Notes: generated by a model not told the origin, from the letters alone. Positions 1 to 14,319 are shown, counted from the stretch's first letter. The stretch: DNA of 64,000 nucleotides from Girardia tigrina (GCA_001938485.1 MQRK01226028.1:1-64000), one strand, 5' to 3'. Numbers and translations: made by a program.

Positions 1-3000
1 GGATATGTTTGGTTGGTAATGGGTTACGTAATGACAACTTGGAGATATGTGATCTCCAATATTGTGATACTCAGTTGGTTTTACTTTCGATCGAGGCGAA
101 TTAAATGGAGGATCATATGCGATGGTCTCCGATCGAGAGTGATTGTCGCAATCTCGATTTTTACTTTTAAAAAAAAAGGTTCGAATGCAACACCACCTTT
201 AACCCTGACGAGCTCCGTCAGTAATTGTGAAAGTGATTTGAGTCATTAACGTCGGAATGAAAGACACAAGAATTTTGTTTTCTTTTAAAAAAAAAATCAA
301 AGTTAAATAAAAGTTTAAAAAAAAAGGAAGTAATATTTTGATACATATCATAAAAACCAATTTATATCGTCAATGGAAATAATTAAAAAATTGAAAATAA
401 AAATCAATAACAGATTAATTAACAATTCATTACTAGTTGAAATATTACGTTATTTATGACATTTGATGACTATGCCAATTTACGACGGACTCAGTTATTT
501 CGATAAGAAAAGAAAATCAAATATAGCCAACTGTTTATCCCAACACCATTTGGATACGTCTATCCAATACTAAGCGAAACTTATATCGAAAATTGTCAAG
601 ACTTATTTAAAAAGTTGTAATCGTGAGTGATTTTACTTTTAATTAGAAGTTGTTATCATTAACGCTTGTAGTTACTTTATTCATTTGTTCATAATCGTTT
701 TTGTTGAAATTAAACGAAATTGATCCACCAATACTTAATCCGTTGACCGGTGTTGATTTAATTTAATACGATAAAAAAATAAAGTATTCGAACCTCACTT
801 GATAGAGAATCGAATACTTCATTTTTTTATAAGATTATGTGATCCTAAAATCAATGTTCAAACAGCACTCTCAACTAATTTGTTAAGAGTTTTCGATTAG
901 ACTTACGTAAGTGATTGCATAATCATTCATTTTCTTATATAAAAGCAATAAAAAAGAACATAATCAGTGATCTGATGATGACGGTTAAATCGTCGAAATA
1001 TATTATCCTAAAATATATTTTTAAATGGCGTTTATTTGTTTTTAATATAATTGATATTCTTAATTTTAGTAATTTTATTTTTTTCAAACGTTACATATTT
1101 AATTATATAAAAATTTTAATTTGTACATATTTAATATAACCTTCTTTCAAAAATTTTCCTAACAGTAATGTTTAATCATTTAAATTCTATGGTGTTGTAA
1201 TTTTAGCATAAATTTAGTGCAAATAAATTTTTGAAAGTTGAACTTTGTTTTTATTGAAAAATATTTAAATAATATCGATGAAATTTGAAACAATGTTAAA
1301 GGTTTTAAGTAACTCGGTCATAAAATGGTAATATCTTGATCTGAGATTTTATTGAATATTAATATTAAAAAACAACAGTCGGATTTATTGAGCTTTGACA
1401 ATGTGTTGTAATGGGGAGCGTTACCGGACGATGTATTTTGTCGATGAATATCAATGAGCAAAAATTACCTGACGCGGTGTTATTTCGCGATGAAAGATTC
1501 TTCGAGTGCAATTTCTGGACTAGGCTGTGTTTAAAACTTCTCTCGAGTATCGGGATATGACAGTCAGGACTCACTCCTGTTCAAAGAGGCTTTCAGAGTG
1601 CAAAACTCAAACTACTTAAATGTTATAAATGATTATTTGAATTTGAAAAATTAGCGCATATCATCTAGAAGACAGAAAATGAGCAGGATGATAAAATTTA
1701 TTATAGTTTTCCTATGACCCAGGGACTCCCCATTGACGCAGGGGTGCTATAGCAACACAACTGCGATGACTATGAGGCTACATATGGAACATGGTGAGAA
1801 AAAATAAGGCAAGTCAAAAGAGAAAAGAAGTCCAAAACACACTTTAGAAATGTGAGACATATGTTAACATAACATTTTCACTATTGTTTCATATTATGGT
1901 TTTACGAAACGTTATTATTACGGTGTTCTTATGTATATGTTTCTTGCATAATTTTGCATAACTATTGTAATCTATTATTATAACTATTTTCTATTATTGT
2001 AAGAAAATTAGAAATTTCAATACGTATTGACATATATGTCAACTCAACGACATGAAAATTATAATAAAAATCACTATATAAAATCAATATAAAAAGTCTT
2101 ATTAAAAATATTCATAAATTAAAAAAAAAACTGTATATAAAGATTTTTTAAACAGAGTAAATGAAATAAAAGCACAAATGAAAATTTCGAATTGTATTTT
2201 AAACTGAACAAAGACTGTAAACCATAATTGTGTTTTAATAAAAATCTTAAATCACTCGATTTCCATTTTTCTGATGTTAGGAATTTAATACATCTCCTTT
2301 CACGACCGAAACAAAGCGGTCGATTCGGCAATCAAAAAAGTCGACTATCATGTCGATTACCATTACACCGCAACGGATTAGGTTTGTAATAGAAAATGAG
2401 AGCGAGTGGATCTCCATTAACTAAATAAATTAATAAACACAAAGTAATCTGGAAAATTTATTATTTAGCATGATAAACATAAGGTTGTTTCAGAATTACG
2501 TATTCTAAATATCTATTCATTTAGTGGTATGGAAATAAATAGATTGGGTTCCTGAGTTCCAAATCAGCAATAAGTATGTTTCTGTACCACTAAAAATGTG
2601 TTACCGGAAATTGTAAACATGAGATTTGTTTAACAAATGTTGATTTCATGTTTAGACTGTGAAACTCACTATGCGAGTTGTTTGATGGAGATTCGTCGGC
2701 GAGAGTGTCATGTGAGACGAATTTCCAGTGCCAACTAAACCAGAAAACCCGATAAATGATTAGTATTTTTTTTCAAAAAATTGCCCGAGTTTGTGAATAC
2801 GGCAAAAAATTTGCCTAATTCGTGAATTCGGCAATTACAAAAATTCAGCATAATATATATGTATCCATTGAATTTATAAACCTATTTTTGAAGGCCTTTT
2901 ACTCAATCAATCTTCTCCGAAATTCTCACGCTTACTCAATTACAATGACAAATGATTATGTAAAAATTGGATCGAAAAAAACTTTTTAAAGTTCCAAAAT

Positions 3001-5540
3001 ATGAAATTGGAAAAAACGGAAAACTCGGAGTTCCTGAACAATATTAATTGAAAAATATTTATTAATAAGTTAAAAGTATTAATATTAATTTATATTAATT
3101 TTTATTAAGTTTTTTTAAATTAAAATGTTAAGTTTTTTTAATTTTAAAAAACTTTGTTGGTGGAGTTCTGTTTGCATAAAGAATGGATATAAAAAGTTTA
3201 ATTTTTTGATTTACTAGTTCAACTTTTTTTCTCGATTTTTATATAATTGTTAATAAAGTTTTATTATTGAAACAAGAAAAAAATTTATCGATGAAAACGT
3301 TTTACTGATTTTAAGAAATTTAACAAAAGGTAAAAAATTTATTAATATTAAAATTTGTTAATTTTGGAATTAATAACTTTTTTTGTGAATTATCCTTATA
3401 ATTATTCTTTATTGATCATTAATTTGATTAATTTTGATAAATATAATTTTATTAGAAATCTAAAATTGTAAGAAAAATAATTTATCAAGGAAAACTAATT
3501 TAATTGTCAAATTTGGAAACTGATGGCACTGTTTATTAACTTATTAAGTCTCATATTTATCATTAATATGACAGAAAAAAAGCATTCCAAAAATGATTTC
3601 TATAAACTTTTATTGGTGCTTTTGACATTCATTTTTTCTCTTCTTTTAACAGAGATTGTTAATTTAATTTGAATTTTTTATAGTGGATAAATTTTCTTTC
3701 AAATATTCAAACCAGTTTATATATTGGACGACTGCTAAAACTCCCCGCAGGTTACGGGATGAATTCATTTTTTAATATAAAAAAGAGAATGAGATATTTT
3801 TACCGTGAAAATAATGATAATTTCAAAAACAAATTCAATTGTGTTTCTTTGGGGTTATCATTAACAGTAAACTTTGTTAACGTTTGGAGATTCTTTATAG
3901 CTTAATGTTTTAATGCAATTGTAAAAATTAAAACAATATTTCTAAAGCTTTAGTTTCAAAAGTAATTAACATATTAAGTTGTACTTATAAATTATACGTT
4001 GTCGAACAAATTAGTAATCTATTTCCTGACTTAGCTTCATTCTAATGTTCAATATTCTCATAATATAATTTTGGATAATGTCCTTAACGTTTTATTAATT
4101 AATTTTATATTAATTCATTAGCATATTTAATCGATGCTTCTACAAGTTTTCAAGAATACTCTAATGGATAAAACCAAGGAATTACAAAAATTTACCCCCT
4201 AAAAATACTACAATTATATAATTACAATTATATAAAAATTAGCCTACATAAATGAATATAATATTGGGTTTTTCGATCTTTAATAAAAGTCTTACAAAAA
4301 TTAATGAAACTGTTGTAATCTTTAATAAAATTATTTTATTTTCAAATAGAATAATTCATCATTATAGAAAATTGAATTAAATTGCAATAATGTTTCGACA
4401 TATATATTTTGTTAAAATTGATGAAAAAATGTGTATTAAATATCTTTCGAAAAACATAATATAATTAGTAAAATAAGTATCAGAGCGGTGGTAGGATAGG
4501 TTGAGGCCCTGTCAAAACTGTAAGTTAAGAGGCCTAAAATAAAAAAAAGTTATGATTGAAAATTACTGAAATATTTATGTATTTCATATTTTCAATGATT
4601 GTTCAAAATTAAAGAAAAATTCACTTTTCTGCATTTTTTTGCTGGTAAATATATTAAATATAAATCATGGTAATTCAATGAACAGACTGTATTTCCCTCA
4701 AATGACAATGTTTCCAATCAACCTAATTGCGTTTGAGATATTGTGGATCTCAAATATGTCTTTATTAGCTTCAGTTTTGAGAAACTTCGCTCAGTTAGGT
4801 CTATCGTGACTGAAATTGTTAATAATATTCCATAAGAACAAGAATTATGGAATGAATCTTAAAAGCAAACAATGTACTAAAAACACTTTAAGGCTCTTTG
4901 GAGTCTCCTGGAAATAATTTACTGAACAATATTTATTCACAAAACAGATAAATTCCTTAATATTGCAAATTTAAATTTTTCAGCATCAATGTCAAATTTA
5001 TGTATTGTTTCTTCAGATCAGCAACTGACATTGTACGAAATTTAGCAATTTGATACAAAAAGCCAAAATTATTATAGTACTCTTCGTTGATTAAATCGAT
5101 TCTTTAGGGACATAAGTACCTGATCAGTAAGCACTAAACATTAGCCAATTCTAAACATTTTGTCTGGTGTTTGCTGCAATTCATGTTCATTGGATTTCTA
5201 GCATTTTCATTTTATGAGCTCGGGAAATTTTGAACAATGGTAAAACACTTATTTCTGCGGCTACTTTAGCAGTAGTTGTAGATCTAGCCAACCAATTTTT
5301 CCCACCAGGCTTTTTGACTAATAACAACATCTTTTTGCACACTAGAAGCTACTAATTGTTTGCTAACTGCATTTACAGAGATAAAATTTTATTCGAAAAA
5401 ATCATGACAACTAAAAATTCAAAACAACTAAGCACATAATTAGCAAGGCTTTCTGTTTCACTCAATACTTATAAATCTTTTGTTGTCTCAGCAACAATTA
5501 ACAAAGTATTTCGAATACCGAACAACTTTAACTCTGTTAA

Positions 5541-5780
5541 CCCTTTCCAGCCCATTGTTGCCATATGACAATATATTTGAAAAATTAAATTACAGTTATC
5601 TCTTTTACCAAATTTAAATTTTACACATAGTAATAGTTTCTAAAAAATCTAATAGATGACATATATTAGAAAGCAAAAAAAGCGCGATTCTCACTTGTTT
5701 CTTAGCAATTTAAATCAACATTGTAACGGATATTCAATGCTCCAATATTTTGCTTAAATAATAACTTGGGCTGGAAAGGG
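5541..5780. mobile_element. Non-autonomous piggyBac-type MITE (240 bp)
   Basis: Perfect 14-bp TIRs (CCCTTTCCAGCCCA / TGGGCTGGAAAGGG), flanked by TTAA on both sides (5537-5540 and 5781-5784). Confidence 0.9.
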
Positions 5781-6032
5781 TTAATATGGTTTTTCTGTAA
5801 GATAGGGAATACTTTCTCACATTTTTTCCATCTATTAAGACTGCTTGTGAAATGGAATTATGAACTGATCTTGGATTGACTGGACATCGACTGGAAAAAA
5901 CAGTTAGACGGAAAATACAAATCATCAAAACAATCATCATTACTAAATTTTTTCAAATTATTCTCAATCTATGCATTCAAGTCGAACAGAAAAAAAATAC
6001 TAGGCAACATAAAACATAATGTTAAATTTTTT

Positions 6033-6390
6033 TTATATAATAAAAGCCCAAGTCACTCACTGCCTGCCTCACTGCCTCACTAACGCTGTAAGGTAAATTT
6101 TTGAAATGATTTTATAATCAATAAAGAAATGATTGTATATTAATAAATAAATATTAGACTGATATTAGAATGAATGTGATTTTTGTAACCGTAATTTCTT
6201 AAATTAAATTTTGTCTCGAGATATGATTTTCAAACTTTGCATTAAACAGAAATAAAAACTTTTGTTATACGATTTTTTATACTCGAAACACTGAAATTTT
6301 CAATAAAAATGCTTTCAGAAAAAAGTCGCGTGATCTAATAACATTGAACCCCCGGCAAGAGAGGGCCGCGAAGCGGGCCGAGCGCGCTAG
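6033..6390 (+). mobile_element. Non-autonomous Helitron-like element
   Basis: The 5' end is TTATATAATAAAAG followed by a (CACT/GCCT)n microsatellite. The 3' end has a GC-rich hairpin (GGCCGCGAAGCGGGCC) a few nt before CTAG, followed by T. There are no TIRs. Confidence 0.7.
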
Positions 6391-7679
6391 TTTTTATATA
6401 TTTAATCTAATTTGAACAAAATGGAATGATGTCTGAGTGGGATTTTTGTGTATGTTTATGATTATTGTATTCATGATTTTCAGTTTTTCGTTTGTGGGGT
6501 GCTTTGGAAACAAAATTGTATGAAAACCAATATTTTCGTGATTAACTGAAAGTCAAACCTTTCTGAAATTTGCACTGAACTCTTTTCTAGCAGCAAAGAA
6601 ATAACATTGTCATTTAAGTATGATTATACAAATTAAAAAATGTAAAAAAATGTGTATTTCTAAAGTAATTGAGTGACTTATATAATTTGAAGCCTACTAT
6701 TAATTCTTCTTGCTCTCCTTAAATACTTTTGTTTTGTCTTGTTCTAAATTTCAGTCAGCTATAAATATGTAGGACAATTAATTAAGTTAGATGGGTCTTT
6801 TAAGCTTCTGTTTTCTTTAGATTCTCTTAATTCATTTCTTTAATTTGTTTGAGTGATACATACTTCTTAATTTTGTACCCATGCAGCTGAATTCCTGGCC
6901 ATACTTTCTTCCTCTTGCAAGCCTAGGTTCTCTTCAGGCACATAAGTAGTTATCATAAAAAATTATTAAAAAACCCTCATTGTCTTTAATGTTATTGTGT
7001 ATTTCTGTTTTTTAGATTTCTATGCCCTAGATTCAAATTTCGTCGTGAAAACATTTTTAGTTATCTTATAAAACCTACACAATTAATAATATGTATGTGT
7101 ACAATTTTAATACAATCAATAATAATAATCATTAATCAATATAACAAAAAATTGAATACAGAAAAAAAGTATCCAGAACATACAAGTATACTCGAAATAT
7201 GATATCAATCTGTGAAATCTTGACAATACTACAAATGTCTCCGCCGTCTATCCGATATATGAAGTACCTGATATACTAATGGATTTTGCCTTTTTCTTTG
7301 CGTAAGCAAATCCGTTTACGGTTTTAATAAGGGCTGCGGAAACGGACTAAAATTGCCTGACTCCGATTCCAACTCTTATATTTTTTAAAATGTCCGACTC
7401 CGTCTACGATTTTCATTTACACAATGACTCCGACTCATTTTTATTGTTTTTGTTAAACATTGATGAACTATTATTATTATTTTATTAAGAATTTTCAAAT
7501 AATGGCCGCTGTTTACTATTATTACAAATAATGCCTTTAGTTAAATTCAAATTTATTAAAATGTTAAAATCTTTCGTGATATATTTCGGTGGATTATCCA
7601 CCATCCTTAAATAAAATAATATAATATATAATATATCCTACACAATAAAATCGCTATTGTGTAATCAACTTAATAAATA

Positions 7680-9035
7680 TAGGGTTGCCTCATAAGTTTT
7701 GTCGCACACATATATCTATGTTAACTGCAGATATCCTTGCATCACATAAATAATTCTTATATATTTGCAATCCCTAATAAAATGTGAATTAGATAAAATA
7801 GCATTTGCGATCTAATTTTTATTTTCTAATAATTTTTATTTTCTAATATAAATGAATTTTGTTTTAATAAAATAACAGCATTTTCATAAATTTCGAATAG
7901 TTTCATCATCCTAATGGATTTTAATCGATCTGATATTCGTAAATTAATTTACTATTGCTGGAAAAGGAATTTAACACCTTTACAAATGACTGACGAAATT
8001 AACACGGCCCTTGGAGTTGGAACAGTCTTAAAAAGAACATGTGAAAGGTGGATTTCCAATTTTCGGGAAAGCAACTTTAACACAGACAATCAAGTCCGCG
8101 AAGGGAGGCCCTCTCTTGACATAGACGAGAAGATAATCGAGCTTCCGACTGAAGACAAGCGTGCAACAACAAAGAAAATTGCAGAGGGAATAGATCAGGA
8201 TAGAACCACGGTGTGCCGGCACTTGAATGAAATGGTATACAGATACCTGGAAAATTGCCGGGTGCCACACGCTCTGACACAACAGAAAAGGATAATCGCA
8301 AAATAAATTGTTAACAGCTATTGGATAGTTATCATTGGAATGATTTCCTGTCCCAAATCATCACCTGCGATGAGATATGCGTGTACTGGGACAACGAAGG
8401 CGCTTTCAACAATAGATCATGGAGAAAATCGGATGAAAACCCACTTGCAACACCGGCACGAAGACTGACAAACCGAAAGCATCTCGCCTCAGTCTTTTGG
8501 GACAGTAAAGGACTGCTCTTGTTAGATGTCTTACTTCCAAATGCTACATTCAACGCGGATGTCTACTGTACTCAGCTGGATTGTCTCATTATCGCCGTTC
8601 AGCAGAGACGCAGACGGTCGCTCCAAGGAGGAAACCACTATGTTCAATATCTCCCCCATAATGCTCGTCCGCATACGACTGCTAAGACCAAGGACTAGCT
8701 GAATGCGCTTGGATTCACCGTAATACCACATCCACCATACTTCCCCAATCTCTCACCATCTGACAACTATCTATTCTCTCCAATAAAATGTGCACTTAGA
8801 GGAGAGAATTATGCCGGTGTCAACGATATCAACGAAGATCTTCTACATTGGTTTGACAAGAAACCGCGTGATTTTTTCCAAAATGGGATACGCAGCCTCC
8901 TTGGGCGTTGGCTGAGATGTATTGAGCACAATGGCGACTACTTTTCGGATTTGCATGACGTGGACGATTGATAAAATATTTTATATTTTTTTGTATTTTG
9001 GTGTTTTTTGCGAAAAAACTTATGAGGCAATCCTA
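7680..9035 (+). mobile_element. Full-length mariner (DD34D) with a broken transposase at ~7914-8971
   Basis: TIRs TAGGGTTGCCTCATAAGTTTTGTCGCA / TGCGAAAAAACTTATGAGGCAATCCTA with a TA TSD. Protein motifs include an HTH N-terminus, ITCDE, HNARPH and HPPYFPNLSPSD, with a frameshift and stops. Confidence 0.93.
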
Positions 9036-9580
9036 TAAATAAATACTTTCAAAAATGTTGAAAAGGCTTATTTAAGCATTATTTGATGGATTGAGGGATT
9101 TATTCAATAATATATCTCAAGGTACTATGTTAAAATACAGCATAATACTCTAAAATTGGTGATTTTCGTAAAAGCTTCTATAAGTTGAGGAATATTGCTA
9201 CCATTACTCAATCGTCTATGATTATCGGCTTACACAGATGGTGAGATGTTTCTCTAATGTACGCTCCTTATACTCCCTACAAAGAGTTATTCTAACATTA
9301 ATTTACAGCTGAATTACAAATAATTAGTTTTCTTAAACAAATTTCAAACGAAATCCCAGTTTCCAATAAAATTCTTCAAATGTTTACTTTTGCTATAAGT
9401 TGAGTATACACCTTTTAAATTCAATGTAGGTTGTTTAACAACCAATATTTACAATTCCAACAATTAAAGTACCATCAGGAAAGTAACGTCAAAAAGTTAT
9501 TTGCGTTAAATTAAAATGTGTTTATTTCGAAACTTTATTTTTATTCATACTAAGTAACTATAATTGATGAAAAATTTACT

Positions 9581-9620
9581 TAATAAATAAATTAATTAAA
9601 TTATAAAGCAAATTTATGCA
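9581..9620 (-). ncRNA. Minimal hammerhead-ribozyme-like motif (Penelope-type)
   Basis: Minus strand reads CTGAAGA-T-GACGG TTTAT CCATC-GAAA-TATATT. The core is conserved, stem II has one mismatch and stem III is palindromic. Confidence 0.55.
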
Positions 9621-11040
9621 TTAAAAAATATATTTATTGACAATATATTTCGATGGATAAACCGTCATCTTCAGGTTACTGATTAATAATTGAATTCACC
9701 TGTATATGAAATGCAAAAATAATGATTGTGTAATCGATTGCATGAAAACGCATAAATTAAATTAAATTATTTTTTAATTTTTCATAACTTTCATAATTTT
9801 CTTAAATTGATCGAACGATAATAAAAATATTTCTTACAAATTTAAATAAATTTACAGTAACATGAAAGTGCTTTTTCATATAATCTTACTTCGTTTATAT
9901 AAATCATTTTTGGGTTGATCACCGACAAAGGTCTCGTTTAGAAATGCCAGTATAAAATATATAACAGGAAATTAAATTATATTTCCTAAAATTTATGTTC
10001 TTATTCCATTTTATAGAAACGAAGCATTAAATTATATTTTTTAATATATTTCGAATGAGATTTGATATTTAGCATCGTAAATTAAATTTTTTAATCGTAT
10101 TATTTGGTGTATATGACTGCGTCATGTTAGAAGTAAATTAATCCGTAATTTTTATTAAAAAAATAAAAATAAATTCAACCATCATTTAGGAAAAAATAGA
10201 TTCCTCTAAATAAGAAATCCGCTTCTTTTGAAACGATCCATTTATTTATCGATTTATTGATATCTTCATACAGATTTTATATATCTTTATACAAACTTAA
10301 TTTCTATAAAAAAAGGGCTGATTGTATCTTCCAAAATAATGATAATCGGAATGGACAGTGATGCAAGATTTCAAACTTAATTCCTTTTACGAAAGTTTTT
10401 AACAGTTGAATGAATATGTGGTATGGTGTATTTATTATGTTTAGTCCACTCAAGTAACTTTTCGTTCAGAGTTCACTTTAAACAAACTGCAGTTGATGGA
10501 GGACATTAAAGATAGTCTCAGACTGTTCCATTAGTTTATAAACTATCTTTCTTATCAAACCATATACCAGAGTGGTTTATGTACCACTCCATATACTCGG
10601 AGTGGACAAACCGAGTAAAACTGGTCAAACCTAAAATCAAACTGGTTTGCGTTTTTGATTTTTATATTAAATTCATTTTCCGTCTCTAATGAAACTTCAA
10701 ATTTGACATTCTGAGTCTCTTTCCAACAATTGATATTTAATCCAATTTCCTTGATTTTGAATCATGTTAACTGTTTGAAGACTTTGAGAAACATTTGGTA
10801 AAGCGCTGTCATGCTTCTCTGTCCATTATATGTTTCATTCTTCATCTTTAAATTTTCTTATGAGTTTTTCATGTTTTTTGTTTTGTGTACAAAAATTAGC
10901 ATTTTTACACTATTGAAACTATTCATTTTAAATTGAATTTGATGAGAGCTATTTTTCACAAGCCAAAATAAGTTTCCCTGCCATTTTCTTTGCGATAAAA
11001 TAATGAAGTAAAAATAATTTTAAAAATTACTAAACAAGTA

Positions 11041-12329
11041 TACCACTTGTATTTCAATTTCAATTTTTTAGAAGCTGCGAAAAAGTATAAAAGTTCAAAT
11101 TAAACATTATGTTTGTTGTTTGACCCATGAATCCTAATATGGAAGATACAACTTTAAGAAACAACAAAAATAACAGGATGATATCAAACGAACAACGACT
11201 GGCCTTTATTCGTCTTAAGATAAAAGATTAAGCACAAAAGAGGCCGTACTAACCCAATGGTATTAATATCAATACCGCATTTTTTACAAGAGACGGCACA
11301 ATATTTTTGAAAAAAAAGAAAAGGGCGCGTGTAGAAACACAAAATGCACTCCAGAAATTTTAAATTTTATTGAAACTCTTGTTGGCGAAAATTCCCAGAC
11401 AACCTTAAAAATTTAAAGTGCAGAGTTCAAGGAGATCTTGGGGTATCTTTATCAATAATTTCCTACGAGCCTTAAAGATTACAACAAAAATGGCTCATCG
11501 AGAGCTAGGCAGAGTTAATACTCCTGCATCAATCGAGAAAAGAAAAGAAAAAAACTTCTAAAAAAATATGGTTTAACAATCATTTTATGGGAAATTACGA
11601 AAACTTATATTTTATTGCTGAATCATCGTTTAATGTTCAAATCCGAAGATCAAACGCAAGATCTAGAAAGGGGACCCGAGTACGCGTCATAGTTCCGACA
11701 GTCAGGGTCAGATCAGCAACGTTAATTGCAAGTACGTGCAATAGAAAAATGAGTTATTGCAAAGTCATAACTAGTTCCACTGTCAACTCAAATCTGTTTG
11801 ATATTTAAGAGATATTGAAAGAGTGCAAAATGCAACATGTATTCTTGATAATGCTAAGGTTCACAGTAGAAATTGTCTTGCAGCCATTACAAGTAAGTTT
11901 GGATATTCCTTTTATTTTTTGTCACCCTACTCTTATATGCTCAATCCGATTTAGAAAGCGTTTTCCAAAAGAATGACGGGTCTCAGAGTGCGAATAAGAA
12001 ATGGAGAAAGTTTGTTGTTGGAAGATCTTATTTTTGACGAGATTGGTCAAGTTAGTGAGGCAGATTGTTCAGGATATTTTTCTTATATTGTTTACATAAC
12101 AAATAGTGCAGCAGGTATCGAATATATACATCATTAAATGTTTCTTGTTGTTTCTGTTACTTTTCTTGTGTGTTTTTATGTTGATTGAAATTTAATCCGA
12201 TTTAAGAAAGATTAAAATTTAATAAAACATGGTAATTAATTGTTTTTTGTTTTGTTTGGGTGTTTTTTTATTTTGAATGAAAATTTAATTTGATTTGCAA
12301 AAAAAAATGAAATTGAAATGCAAATGGTA
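11041..12329 (+). mobile_element. Tc1/IS630-like DD34E transposon, degraded
   Basis: TIRs TACCACTTGTATTTCAATTTCA / TGAAATTGAAATGCAAATGGTA with a TA TSD. Remnant motifs: LYFIAESSFN, LDNAKVH and FLSPYSYMLNPI. Confidence 0.85.
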
Positions 12330-12720
12330 TAAATAAACACTAATTATAAAACTTGACAATCAAATGTTTGAAATACGCGTTTTATCACACGTTTTAAATT
12401 TACGTAGTCCTGCTATTCAAAAGATCTTGAAACATTTCAGTACATGACTGAATAGAATGACATTGGGTAACAATACATAAGAGGAGTTAGTTAAAAATTT
12501 CAGTTCGTCTAATAATTTAGAGATTTTTTTAATTTAAAATTTAAAAAAATTAAATAAATATAAAAAGTTTATACATCTAAAAGTTAAAAATGGTATTTTT
12601 AGAAAAAACACAAAAATTAAATAATTATATAAAAGACAAAAATTTTACATTAATAAAAGTGATATATTTTAATAGGAAATGATTAATAAAAGTTTTAAAA
12701 TACGAATTTTAAAATAAATA

Positions 12721-13240
12721 TTAGGTTGGTCGAAAAATAATGGAGGTTTTGGGACACAAACTTCAAAGACGTGCAAATTCACAGAAACAAAAGTTTATTA
12801 ATCAAAGTATGAACCGTTGGCATCAATACATTTTTGCCAACGAGAAACAAGTTGTTTTATTCCATCAGCATAAAATGCATCGGTTCTCGAAGCGACGAAT
12901 TCATTGAAGGCATTTTGAGCATCATTTTGGTTTTTGAAAATTTTTTCATGTAGGAAGCTGTACAAATGTCTGAAAAAGTAGAAGTCCGTTGGCGAGAGGT
13001 CTGGTGAATATGTTGGATGAAGCAGGGTTTCATATCACAACTCATTAAGCTTTTGAAGAGTCACTTTTGAAATATAAGGTCTAGCGTTATCATGAAGAAG
13101 GATGGGACTTTTTCGATTGACCAATCCCGAACAAAGGGTTTTCATTTTTTATGCATTTCACCAATTTCATGACAGTACCTCTCCGCTATGATTGTTTCAC
13201 CTGGATTCAAGAAACTATAGTGGATGATTCCAGCATCACA
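12721..13240 (-). mobile_element. 5'-truncated mariner fragment
   Basis: One TIR (TTAGGTTGGTCGAAAAATAATGG) at 12721. Minus-strand motifs HPTYSPDLSPTDFYFF and FYADGIKQLVSRWQKCIDANGSYFD*. Confidence 0.88.
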
Positions 13241-13624
13241 AACAATAAACAAATAAACAACAAATAAAAAAAATTAATAATTTATAATCTTTAAAAAAAT
13301 AAAAAGCTTCTTGTAAATTAAAATTTAATACTTAATTTTATAAATAAATTTTAATATTATAATTAAAAATTTTACAATTATTATTCAAATTTTAAAAATT
13401 AAATTGATAGACAACTTAATAAATGAAATGATTAAATTAACGTGAAAATTGTTTAAATGTACTTATTATTTACATGAAAAAAATCCTTTTTTTTAAAAAT
13501 CAAAAGTATGTATTTCTTTCTTTTTCTTGTTCTATATTATGTATTTTTTTATTAAAATTAACAAGTCATGCACCAAGGGGTTAAATACTTTAAATTATTT
13601 TCTTTTAACATTAGTCTGTTACAC

Positions 13625-14110
13625 AACTCACTTCACTCTCTTTCTGATAACCATCACATTTAGAATTCAAATTATTTTCTTTTCTTTGAAAAAGAAATAA
13701 CATTTTTAACAATTTTAAACATTCTTGCTTTTCTGTTTTGATTACGGCCACCTGCAGTTGTTTATTATCTCCAAGAATTAATTTTTCCAATTTGGCTAGT
13801 TTTTACTATACCGGTCTTCCATCAGTTTCCAATTTCCAGCTAGTATCACTTTCTCTGATTTCTTTTTCAGAAGTGTTCCATTTGGTCCACCTTCTCCAAT
13901 TGAAAATAATTTATATTATCCACTGGTTTCATCAATGTTCAGAGAATATCATCGGTCTTCTACTCACTTCATCGTATCTTACTCGAAGAAAATGATTTGA
14001 AGTTAATACATTGTTTCCTTCAATATTTGAACCCACAATTAATAACAGTATTCCAATTCCAAATCCCTTCTATTCTTGTCATAATAGCTATTATTTCTTC
14101 AGAAAAAATA
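13625..14110 (-). mobile_element. BEL/Pao LTR retrotransposon integrase C-terminal remnant
   Basis: Minus-strand fragments EEIIAIMTRIEGIWN, NNVLTSNHFLR and *KLAKLEKLILGDNKQLQVAVIKT resemble the BEL/Pao integrase tail (PLTPNHFL...WKLGRI..LIPG.DG.VR...VKT). A purine tract followed by TG lies near 13625. Confidence 0.55.
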
Positions 14111-14319
14111 ATTAAAGATATTAGTTTTGGTAAAAAAAACTGCGAAAAGTTTATCAAAAGCGTCATTTACCTCATTTATTTAAAGAAAAGCAAATGAAAG
14201 AAACATCTTTATTGATATGCAGATATTATCGTTATGTTCAAATATACCATTTTTATTCCTTTATCTGTATTGCCTTCTGTAGTAATATTCTTGATAACGA
14301 ACAATAATGTTCACTACTA

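Larger units (their letters stand above)
4481..7050 (-). mobile_element. Degraded hAT DNA transposon (ZMYM1/TTF-type), interrupted by a piggyBac MITE and a Helitron
   Basis: Minus-strand translation of ~4700-4830 gives LTISVTIDLTERSFSKLKLIKTYLRSTISQ, the hAT C-terminal dimerisation motif. There is a GC-rich terminus CAGAGCGGTGG...GAGGCCC at 4481. The frame has many stops; the right boundary is approximate. Confidence 0.7.
7550..9620 (-). mobile_element. Penelope-like element remnant (GIY-YIG region between two hammerhead-like motifs), split by the mariner at 7680-9035
   Basis: Minus strand ~9230-9270 reads GAYIRETSHHL, resembling the GIY-YIG YIGETxRxL motif. Related hammerhead-like motifs lie at 7576-7610 and 9581-9620. 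Confidence 0.55.

Noticed and set aside
205-265. CTGACGAG...GAAA hammerhead-like core with a long imperfect stem II
   Set aside because: I could not build convincing stems I and III or a cleavage triplet.
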